Positions 23,401 to 35,400 of a stretch of 64,000 bases of DNA are shown piece after piece. The notes beneath the pieces are model-generated. The model had not been told where the DNA came from and did no database searches. It saw only the letters and a list, made by a program, of their open reading frames with translations. The DNA comes from Mobula hypostoma. Lineage: Eukaryota. Each line of letters opens with the position of its first letter. The first letter of the stretch is position 1. The stretch lies in the NCBI RefSeq assembly GCF_963921235.1, contig NC_086097.1, forward strand, positions 125,862,001-125,926,000, written 5' to 3'. The translations under genes and the position numbers were made by a program.

Positions 23401-26400
23401 GGTTGGAGGCTACTCAAACGGAATATAAGGTGCTGCTCCTCCAACCTGAGTGTGGTTTCATCTTGACAGCAAAGGAGGCCGTGGATAGACATAGCAGAAT
23501 GGGAATGGGATATGGAATTAAAATGCATGGCCACTGAGCGATCCTGCTTTCTCTGGCGGACAGAGCGTAGGTGTTCAGCGAAATGGTCTCCCCCAGTCTG
23601 CGTCGGGTCTCACCAATATATAGAAGGCCACACCGGCAGCACCAGACACAGTATATCACACCAACTGACTCACAGGTGAAGTGTCACCTCACCTGGAAGG
23701 ACTGTCCGAAGCCCTGAATGGTGGTGAGGGAGGAAGTATAAGGGCATGTGTAGCACTTGTTCCGCTTAAAAGGATAAGTTCCGGGAGGGAGATCGGTGGG
23801 AAGGGATGGTGGGGGGGAAGACGACAAATGGACAAGCGAATCACGTAGGCAGTGATCCCTGCGGAAAGCAGAAGGGGGGGGCGGGAGGGAAAGATGTGCT
23901 TGGTGGTGGGATCCTGTTGGAGGTGGCGGAAGTTACAGAGAATTATATGTTGGATGATGGGGTGGTAGGTGAGGACAAGGGGAACCCTATCCCTAGTGGG
24001 GTGGTGGGAGGATGGGGTGAGAGCAGATGTGCATGAAATGGGGAAGATGCGTTTGAGAGCAGAGTTGATCGTAGAGGAAAGGAAGCCCCTTTCTTTAAAA
24101 AAGGAAGACATCTCCTTCGTCCTGAAATGAAAGGCCTCATCCTGAGAGCAGATGCGGCGGAGACGGAGGATTTGCAAGAAGGGGATGACATTTTTGAAGA
24201 GACGGGGTGGGAAGAGGAATAGCCCAGGTAGCTGTGAGAGTCCATAGGCTTATAGACATCAGTAGATAAGCTGACTCCAGAGATAGAGACAGAAAGATCA
24301 AGAAAGGGGAAGGAGGTGTCGGAAATGGACCAGGTAAATTTGAGGGCAGGGTGAAAGTTGGAGGCAAAGTTAATGAAGTCAACGAGCTCAGCGTGCACGC
24401 AGGAAGCAGCGCCAATGCAGTCGTCGATGTAGCAAAGGAAAAGTGGGGGACGGATGCCAGTATAGGCTTGGAACATAGACTGTTCCACAAAGCCAACAAA
24501 AAGGCAGGCATAGTTGGGACCCATACGGGTGCCCATGGCTACACCTTTAGTTTGAAGGAAGTGGGAGGAGCCAAAGCAGAAATTATTAAGAGTAAGGATT
24601 AATTCTGCTAGAGAGAGGAGAGTGGTAGTAGAGGGGAACTGGTTAGGTCTGGAATCCAAAAAGAAGCAGAGAGCTTTGAGACCTTCCTGGTGGGGGATGG
24701 AGGTATATAGGGACTGGACATCCATGGTGAAAATAAGGCGATGGGGGCCAGGGAACTTAAAATCATTGAAAAAATCCTGAGCATGGGAAGTATCACGAAC
24801 ATAGGTGAGAAGGGATTGAACAAGGGGGGATAAAACAGTGTCGAGGTATGTAGAAATGAGTTCGGTGGGGCAGGAGAAAGCTGACACAATGGGTCTACCT
24901 GGACAGGCAGGTTTTTGGATCTTGGGTAGGAGGTAGAAACGGGAAGTGTGGGGTGTGGGAACTATGAGGTTGGTGGCAGTGGATGGGAGATCCCCAGAGC
25001 TGATAAGGTTCGTGTTGATGTTGGAGACAATAGCCTGGTGCTCCTTGGTGGGGTCATGATCGAGGGGTAAATAAGAGGAGGTATCAGCGAGCTGTCGCTG
25101 TGCTTCAGCAAGGTATTTCCTCATGTTTGCCTTTAAAAGAGTAAATTTTGCGTCAGATGCCAGTTCATTAAGGTGTGACAGCAGGAACAATGCAAGTCAT
25201 AAAAAGCCAATGAAATACAGTGTTCTCCATGTTAAACACCTTAGACCTTAGCTTTGCACACCACCTGAAAGCAAAGACATGATTATAGTGTATTTCTCAG
25301 GAGCAGGAGGCCGTGGTTGTACAGAGGGGGGTTATTGAAAGGCTGCAGTCATGACAGCTGACAGATAAAGTTCTTAAAGGAACAATAAAGAGAAATTTCT
25401 TGCTTACAGTGAAGTAGTAACATGGTATTGTTAAAAGCATCAGGAAAGGATTCTGTGCAAAGGATTATACAAATTTGCACTTCTCAGTAGGAGGCCATAA
25501 AGGTTTATCTAATGTTGCATAAAATATACTGTTCAAGAATGTGAATAGTATTAGACTGGGTGACTTGTGTAGATTAAATCAGTACAGAATTAATTGCCAG
25601 ATGGCCTATTTCTATGTTGTCACTTTTAAAGATCAGAGTAAGATACATCATTTACCAGTGTAAATGATTTAAAACTTCAGAGACTAGTGAAACTCCCACC
25701 AGTTATCAATATGCACCCACCACTCAAACATTATAGTTAAAGAACTGATCAGTTCCAGCTGCAGGATGCAAAACCCAGTGGTATCAGAAGACAACAGTAC
25801 AAGTGAAATTATAAAACCTCACAGAAGTCAAAGAATAGAGCACCTGCAAGACCCAAAAGTGGCGCAAAGCATTCTGACATTTACTACGCCTAACTGGAAA
25901 CGGGCATGTCTGCAAGCAAATAGCGAATCAGTTCAGAGCGTAATCACATTCCACGTTGCTTAACGTGGGCCACAGAAGTGCATTTTCTCCCCTACTTCAG
26001 TGTGATCCTCCTACATTGCAGACTGCAATATCCTCAAAGTGGTAACAAATGCCCACTAAGACTGGCACCAACTGTGCGACTTTCTACTTGCAAGGTACAG
26101 TAGCTTCAAGTGACCAAAAAGATGGTGCACTTCTACATCTCGTTCTGTGCTAACTCGGGTTCTTTTGCCATATTGATGCAATGAACCCTAATATGACAGA
26201 AGGGTGTGGTCTGCTGACTAAAATCATCCTAGCATGCCTTCTTTCAAGTACAACAGAAAGTATGACATACTGTGATTAGACTACTTCTAAAGCATTGATC
26301 TAGTATTACAGACAGGCAAGTATCAACATGTCAAAGAAGCTAATGGATCGGGTATTCCAGTTTCTTATGGAAAAAGGAGCCACCACATGCACTAATTATC

Positions 26401-29400
26401 TGCCAAAGCAAGGTCTAGTCACCTCTGTCTGCAGATTCGGGTGTGAGGGTACTGCTGGGTGGGCACAGAATACCTCACGTGCAGTCTGACCTGGTTGGCA
26501 GCCTTCCGCTGGTCCTCGTTTTCCAAACACGTTAGATAAGGAGGATTCCCATTGGAGAACCCATTGGTACCAATAATAGTGCTGGGAGTAAAACAAAAAC
26601 ACTCTAATTGACACAAAGCCTCAAGATTTTCTAAGTGCTAGCAATAATTGCTAGGAAAATAAAACCAAACCTGGTGTGGTGATGACTTTAAATTTGTTGA
26701 ACATCTTGACATGTTACTGCTATATACAGCTCAGTTAGTGCTCAACAAACCTTGATGCCCAATTAGTACAAGGACTTGAACCTGGTGCTAATGACCAGTT
26801 GAATCACATGAAAAATCCACTTGGCAGATTTAGAACCAAAATCATATGCCATGCTAAGTGAATGAAAACCTGAATTGTGGTTATCCACCCCCTTTCTTGT
26901 ACCACAAGGCTCAGTTAAAAGTCAGGCACATGCCCCAACTAATTTGACCTAATACTTCGTATTCAATTTTGTGAGATGATTTACAAGCTTAAATTTTGAT
27001 CCAAAAATGCAACAGACAGATAGGTTTTTAATTTATCATCTGATTTAGTATTAGAAAGTAATTTCTCATTTAATGAGGAAAGAGATATGGCTTAGAAGTC
27101 ACACATTCAAATGCTGGAAGAACCTGCGGAGTTCCTCCAGTGTTTCGTGTGTGTTGCTTTGGGTTTCCAGCATCTGCAGAATGTTTTGTCTTTATGGCTT
27201 AGAAGTGCAAGTTTTCTTTCAAATGGAATTGATAAAGCTATGCAATGCACTGTTACACTTACCATTGGAATAAACTGAGACATAAACTGTTTATACCAAT
27301 TTTATTCAAATAAACTAAGCAGAAATGAGTTTGAGATTACAAAATTAATAAACATTCGCTATCTTTCACAATATAATGCAAGATGTTTTTTTTATTTTTA
27401 AAAGGTGCAAGTTCCTCATCAGGTAAACAACTGGCATATTTTCAAACCAAAAACTTAGCACTAGGCCATGCAGATGAGAAGTCCATTGATGACAAACAAG
27501 TGCAAATATGGTGAACAACAACTTTAATAGCACAAGCACTTTATGATAATGGGCTGAAGAGGGTAAGGAGCAAAGAAAGACACAAAGAATAGGTGAAAGC
27601 CTCAATCTATTTCTAAAGAAAAATTAACTTATTTGGTTGTGTGATGTCTCAGCCCTAATAACCTTCACAAGAATCACCACCACAATGACACCCACCCCCA
27701 ATGATCCCTCTGCCAAAAAAAAGACCAATGTTTATTTAAGACCAACTAATTTTAATTGGACTTATTTAATTGTTGATGACTGAATTTAGAAAATTCTAAT
27801 TGGAAGTCATCACACTGAGCTTTAAAAACCATAGTTGCTGTTTAATGTTTGAAATTGAGCCAATTTCAAATAACTCTCACCTGTCTTTGTACAATAATAA
27901 TAATTCTGTAATTCAACTGTTCAACATAAACTTAATTATTTTAAAAAATATCTAAAAATGCTTACTTGCAGTTCATCAATTCGAAGCAGCCTACAGTCTT
28001 GCAGCAGAGAAGTTGGATCAGCATCTGCACTAGCACAGCTCTGATTACTGACATTGCTAGAAGTTCCAGGGAATTTCACAGCAACATAAGCACCATCCAC
28101 TTTCAATACCTTGAAAATCAAATGAATTTTACAGACAAACATTGCAATAATAAAATTCAACTTAAGAAGCAAAAACCTTTATTATTCACATAAGTTAACA
28201 ACAGGGTAATCCAAGTGAAAGCTCCCAATTAGTGCCATTTATGTTGTTCTATTTAAAGACTAAGTAAATGCAAATATAGCAAGTTACCCTATCTGCTTGA
28301 CTTGCCATAGAAAATTAGGATTAGTGATATTTTCTGATATATACTGTGTAAAACAAGGCCTCTAGTCAGAGTAGGAATAATTCAAAATATGAATCCCATT
28401 CCTGTACCATCAATTTATAAAAGGCACTTTTCCCAACAGTCCCTAATCTCTCTCATCAAGTTTCCCTGTTATTCCAACCCATCACCTTGCTATATTATTT
28501 TCAATCACTTATGGTCCAAAATTGGAACTAAAAGGGTAGATCGAAAAATCTAACAAATCTAGAGCAAGATCTCGCCCACAAAAAAAGTCAAAAATCTCAA
28601 CTAAAATATTTCCAGAAAATTTTAATTACTCTAATACAGCAAGATGACATTTGACATAAAACTACAACAGTTTGCAAGTAATAACATTAAAATGCTAGAT
28701 TCTTCAGCTTCATAATCCTTGCGTGGCTTAAAAATTATCTCTATTTTTCTTTTTTAAAAAACTGGCCTTGCTTCCAAGATAGTTCACTGCAGTACAAATT
28801 TAAATTATCTTTGTGAAGTGAGGGGCGCTATAGGGAAATCTCAAGAACTGAACTCACTCTTGATGGCAGGAAATGCCTATTTCTACTGAATGAAAGATGC
28901 TTCTTAAATTAGAAGTAATGCATAAGCCATGAGCATAAATACCATAACAGCGAAATTTGCTCCCCTATTACAAGAATTGTTTAGTTGGTAATATGCCAAT
29001 GCAAATTTCTATGCAAGAGCAAATAAAAGTCCATTTCATCAAAGAAACAATTTCCCTTTTTTTAAAAAAAAAGTTATACATTTGAAGAAATTTTCCTTAA
29101 CCAGAATAGAGCATAGTCACATTTCACTGAATTCACTAGTTAGTATATACATAACACCGCTTGGTTGCATACCTTCCCCACTGGCACATTTTTAACATCT
29201 TCAACAAATACCACTTCTCTAAGTGGCCACTGCTCCTCATTCACTTTTTCCTCTTCTTTGGGAGCTGGAGTGGAACGCCTGCGCTCTGAATTAGAAAAAC
29301 AGGTAAGCCAGAATCCAAACAGAACCAAATAGAATTAAATTAATTAGAATTAATCTTGTTTAGTTTCTTTAGTATTAACAGTAATACGCATATGACAGTA

Positions 29401-32400
29401 TAAGACAGTATAAGCATATGAAAATCTGGTTGAACAGTACCATAACAACCACTCAATGTCAGCAAAACCAAGGAACTGATCATTGACTACAGGAGGAAAC
29501 CAAAGGTCCATGAGCCAGTCCTCATTAGGGGACAGAAGGTGAAGTGGGTCAGAACTTTAAATTCCTTGGTGCTATCATTTCAAAGGATCTCTCTTAGGAC
29601 CAGCATGTAAATACCATTACAAAGGAGCACCTCTATCTTCCCAGAGATTTCCACAGATTCCGCATGTCATCTAAAACTCTAACAAACTTCAATAGTTATA
29701 CAGTGAAGAGTATCCTGTTTGGTTGCATCGTGGCCAAGCATGGAAACACCAACGCCCAGGAAAGGAAAGCCTACAAAAAGTAGTAGATAGAACCAAGTCC
29801 ACCACAGTAAAAGCCCTCCCCACCATTGAGCATATCTACAAGAAGTGCTGCCACAAGAAAACAGCATCCATCAAGGATGCCCCTCTATTTAGACCACACT
29901 CTCATCTCACTAAAACCATTGGCCTTTGGTCCAACACCACTAATTTTTGGAAAGTTCAGTCTCCTGTACCAGTGTGGGTAAGTTCTCTAACCTCAACACT
30001 GAACTGATTCCACAACCTATGGATTCACTTTCAAAGACAAAGACACTATAACCCATGTTCTCAATGTTATTTATTATTTTTCTAAAAAGTTGCAGTTTGT
30101 CTTCTTTTGCACACTGGTTGCTTGTCGGTCTTTGTGTGTAGTTTTTCATTGATTCCATTGTATGCTTTGGATCTACTGTGAATGCCTACAAGATAATAAA
30201 TCTTTGACTCTGAGAATAAAACTAAAGAGCACAGGAAAACATCCAGCTCATTACGCAAGTGGCAACTCTTCGAAATACCAGTCCAGTTAATCCTGTGTTG
30301 ATCATCTTAACAACTTCAAAATAAAGACTACGAAAAACTTCAAAATAAAGAGTACACAATCTCAGAATACTTACTATAAGGCAGTGATGCACTACTAGCA
30401 ATGGAGGATGCATCACTGCAAGTGGAAGCAGGTGATGGTGGCGGCCCCATTTCAGTCTTCACTGGCTCTTGTTTGCTTTCTGTCCTATACCAGAAAAATG
30501 GCAGCATTTCAGGGAACAAAGGTGCAGAATATTTCACCTCAGAATTATACCAAAAGGCAGAGTTGCTCTGAATATTGTAAATCAGCCAATAAGGGGAATA
30601 TACTGAGTAAATTACTTAAAATGTTTATTTCCTGTTTTGCTTCTCAAAGAATTCTACGTAATAGCTACAGCAAAAAAAAGAGGATATTCAGCCAGATGTT
30701 TCTCTGGTTTCATACAGGAGCTATCCAGATAGATCCACTGCACGGCACCACCCAACATTCCCCACTAAAAATCCCGCAATACTGTTTCATCTCAGTCCAA
30801 CACCTAGCTATTATATGTTATAATAGAATGGATCAATTGGAATGCAATCCAAACCCAAACCAATTGCAGTATACAGGTTTCTTCTGCTGTTACTTTTGAA
30901 AATGACTATTTTAATTGTCATGTTTTTTGACCCTGTTGCCAATGGGACTGGTTTTCAGAGATGTCCTTTTTGTGATCACCTCAATAACCTCTTCTATTCC
31001 AAGGAGAGCAACCCCTCCTCCTCCAGTCCATCCACATTAAAAGTCTTTCATCTCCAGAATGATTTAGTTGGTTAAATTTCTCTCTATCCTTTACACTTCA
31101 CATTTTTCTAGCACAGAACTAAACAAAAATACCCCAGCTCAGGCCAAACCTATGTTTTATAAAAGGCTCACTGCAATTTACTTGTTCTTGTATCTTAACC
31201 TATATACAAAGCTCAGAATCTAGGTGGTTTTATAGCCATTGTCTTAATCTGCCCTGTACTTGCAATGAACCTTGCTTATATACACCTATGGTAGTTTGGT
31301 TTATGACTCCCTTTTAGAATTGAGCTTGCTGTACTGCTGCTTTGCATTCCCCTACCAAATATAAAATTTTGCATTTCTCACCATTCAGTATTGTCTGTCA
31401 TCACTCTACCCATTCCACCAGCTTGTTTCTGTTTCCCAGTTTATAACTTGTTCTGTGCTACAAACTGCCAAGATGCATGTCAACTGCAAATCTGGATATT
31501 GTCTTCAGTATGCACAAGTGATTAACATCTTAGTCAGAGCCTGTGGAACTCAACTGTATAATTCCCCTCCAGTCAAAATTCAACTCCAGTTGACCACTGT
31601 TTCCTGCTACTTAGCTAATTTCCTTTGCTACAACTCCACTACACGTATTACAGGGCTTTTCAAGCTTAATATGTCGCACTTAAACATTTGGAAGTTCGTA
31701 TATCACATGATTTACCTTTAACAAATACATGCTAGTGTCCTCTTTTCAATGCACACATCAAAGTAAATGCTAATTCAGTCACTAATTATTCCTAGAATGT
31801 ACCCAGATATGAAGGTTAAACTGCCTGGTTTTAAGTTAAGAATTATCACCTTTTTAAACATATTTATAATGCTAAAACATTATTCTTGCTTCTTACTGAA
31901 GGAATAACAGAAGTGACTGTTTACTTTAGATCATGAAATTGGTAAGAACAAATTTTCAGCCAGTTTATACAATGCATAACAATAGGTCAATTTGTATTAA
32001 GTGCTTCATAAAGATAGAGGATACATATTAAGCTACTATATTCACGCAATGTGAGACATCAAATACAAGGTGTGGGATTACATCAATGACTTACTTATTT
32101 TCAGTACTTTTGGTCAATTTTTCTAAGTTTTTCAAGCTCTCTGGTGACCGGAGCTGGAATCGACAGCTGTCATTCATGTTCCAAACAGATTCCATTAGTA
32201 CACCAACTTTTGGAATGCCAGCACTAATGGAAAAAGCTACTGCTCCAGCGTGGTAAAGTGGATTATTTCTCAAACATACCTATTAGAATAAATTTACATA
32301 TTTTTCATTAGGCATCCAGTTTTGATCCATTAGTTGTATCATCAAAGAGCACAAGATACAATAATGGACCCAATTTAACAATGGTCTTTAACATTATCCC

Positions 32401-35400
32401 CTATATTTGAACCCACACAAAAGTACAAGTCAAGTTTACTTGGTCGAAAGGTCTGTTTTCTTTTCCCTGAAATAAAGCTACTTCAGTTCATACTTCTATA
32501 AAAAATAACAATGGAGGTTCACTTTGCAGCATTGTAGGTTACTAAGGAAACAATCATTCAAAAGGTGCAAAAATTTTCCTAACCTGTGTTCCAACTGTTA
32601 TGTTTGGCATTGAGGAAATGCCTGCATTGGATTTTGGCTTTTTGTTTTTGGCTCTGGCCTTCTCAAGCATCTTTTTTCTCTGACTGAAAGGAATTACTCC
32701 CCTGAAGAGAAAGTCAAATGCAGTTAAAAAGCATTACTGAACTTGAAAATATACTTAAAAACTTCAGCTAATGTACAAATATAAATCACTGAGTTAAAAC
32801 TGAACAGTAAGAGTGTGGTTCCAATATATAAACTTCACCTAAACTTCAGACCTGCAAGCTTAAAACTAAATAGAAAGTAACCTGAAATAAATAAAGAGCT
32901 TTCCAGGATTACCTTGTATACTATTTACCTTTGATGAATTTGAGTACATCTGGAATTAGTCAACTGAGTAACACACACAAAACGCTGGAGAAACTCAGCA
33001 GGCCAGGCAGCATCTATGGAAAAAAGTACAGTCAACATTTTAGGCAGAGACCCTGCTGAAGGGTCTCAGCCCAAAACATCAACTGTACTCTTTTCCATTG
33101 ATGCCGCCTGGCCCACTGAGTTCCTCCAGCATTTTGTGTGTTGCTTGGATTTCCAGCATCAGCAGTTTTTCTCGTTTGTGATTAGTTAATTGGGTAACTC
33201 ATTTGAATCAACAGGCAAAGAACTTCAGCAAAGCCATTGCAAGTAAACAATTAATGAAATTGAGGCAAAGGATAATTCTGGAGGAAGTAGTGTGAGCACC
33301 AAAGACAACTCTTGAGATACACAGATACTCTTAAGCTTGAGAAGCCAGGGCTGAGGGTTAAACGAGCTAGATGAGAAGAGGGCGTTTAAGTGACCTAGTT
33401 GAGTGAGAAATGTTTCAGAGAAGGCACAGGTAAGAGCAGATAAACTTTTTTTTGTTGTCTTTAAGTCCCTTGTCCTTAATTCAGTGCAAGCAGGACGCCA
33501 GTTGGGACGGTGGAGTGCTCCTCTGCAAATATAGAATTTCAGGGAGCCTAACAGTTTCCCTAATGACTATATCTGTGGGAGGTGTATATGACTTCGGCTC
33601 CTGACTGACAAGGTCAAGGAAGTGGAGCTGGTGCTGGATGTACTCAGGGCCATTGGGAGGCTGAAAACCTCATAGTTGAGTCTTTTACTGAGTGGGTCAT
33701 ACCCAAAGTGCAGGCTTCAGATAATAAGTGGGTGACACCAGAAAAAGTAAAGGGAGTAAGCAGTCGGTGTGGTCATTCCCCTCAGCAACAAGTATTCCCC
33801 TCTGGATACTGATGGGAGTGAAAGAGTCATCAGTGCACAGCAGCAGCATCTAAGCAGGGAAGAGTAAATTCAGACAGAGTAATATAAGTCTCAATAGTTA
33901 AGGGGACGGACAGGAGATTCTGTGTCCACGACGGAGAAGCCAGGATGGTGTGTTGTCTCCCAGGTGCTTGGGTTCAGGATGTCTCAAGAGTAGCTGCAGA
34001 ATATTCTCAAGGAGGAGGGTGAGCAGCCAGAAGCCATGGTGCACATTGGCACCAATGACATCGGTAGAGAGGGAGAAGAGGTCTTGTGCAGTGAGTACAA
34101 GGAGTTAGGGAAGGGGCTGAAGAGCAGAACCTCTAAGGTAGTAATCACTGGATGATAGTACAAATGAATGAGTGGCCAAGGAACTAGTACAATGGGCAGG
34201 GGTTCATGTTCTTAGATCATTGGAACCTCTTCTGGGGCAGGGGTGACCTGTACAAGAGGGATAGGTAGCACCTGAACTAGAGGGGAGCCAATATACTGGG
34301 TAGGAGTTTCACTTGTATTACTCAGGAGGGTTTAATCTAGTTTGGCAGGGGGGCAAGAATCAGAGCACCAGGCCAGAAAGTAGAGGGAGGGAGAGGAAGT
34401 TAGATGTCAGGGCCAGTAAAAACAGGCAGGAGCAAAGTAATAGATAGGATAGGACAGAGTTTGAAGTGTGTTTCTTTTAACACTAGGAGTATTATGGGTA
34501 AAGGTGATGAACTTAGAGCATGGATCAATATGGAACTATGATACTAGAGCAAGAGAGCGAGAGACAGACAGACAGACATACAGACAGGAATGGGTGCTTA
34601 ATGCCCCAGGGTTTTGATGTATTAGAAAAGGTGAGGGAGGTAAAAGAGGAGTTGAGAGGAGTTGCACGACTAATCAGGAGCAATATCACAGCTGCACTCA
34701 AATGGGACATAATGGAGACCCATCCACTGAGTCAACATGGGTAGAACTCAAAAATAAGAAGGCTGCATCACTCTGATGAGATTGTACCACAAACACCACC
34801 CTAAAAGCCATCAGGACATTGAGGAACAGGTATGCAGATGGATTAAGAAATGGTGTAAAAACTATACGGCTGTTGTCATAGGGGATTTCAGCTTCACTAA
34901 CATAGTTGAGACCCAAGTAAAAGAGGTTTAGATGGGGCAGAATTTGTTAGGTACAGGAGGGTTTTGTAATTCAATACGTAGATAGTCCAATAAGAGGAGG
35001 GGCTGTACTGGACCTGGTGTTGGGTAATGAGCCTGACCAGGTGATTGACCTTTCAGTGGATGAGCAGTTAGGGAATAGTGACAACTCCTTAAATTTTAAG
35101 ATAGCTATGTAGATACAGATAAGTATGGTTCTTGCTGGAGAGTATTAAATTGGAGCAGAGCATATCACTAGAACAGTAGGCAGGAACTAGGGAGAATTAG
35201 AGAACAGATGTTTTTGGGTAAGTCCAACATGTGGAGGGTGTTTAAAGACCTGCAGGGTACAGGATGCATGTTCCAATCAGAAGGACAGACAAGAATGGCA
35301 AGCTAAGAGAACCTTGGATGTTGAGAAGTGATGAATTTAGTCAACAAAAAAAAAAAATAAGTAAAGCTTAGGAAGCTAGAATCCTTGATCCTTAACCCTC

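Noticed and set aside
30310..30355. Short tandem duplications and microsatellites (also 19063-19096, 29392-29414, 34555-34586, 38075-38115, 49588-49625)
   Set aside because: Two or three copies without unique spacers: ordinary slippage, not CRISPR-like or otherwise structured arrays.
30408..30899. 163-aa plus-strand ORF overlapping a UBR5 exon in antisense
   Set aside because: No recognisable motif, AT-rich intronic composition and no splice or promoter support.
32274..32281. AG|GTATGT at an exon start, resembling a recursive splice site
   Set aside because: It is explained by the Val-Cys codons, and the upstream intron is only 304 nt, unlike recursive-splicing contexts.
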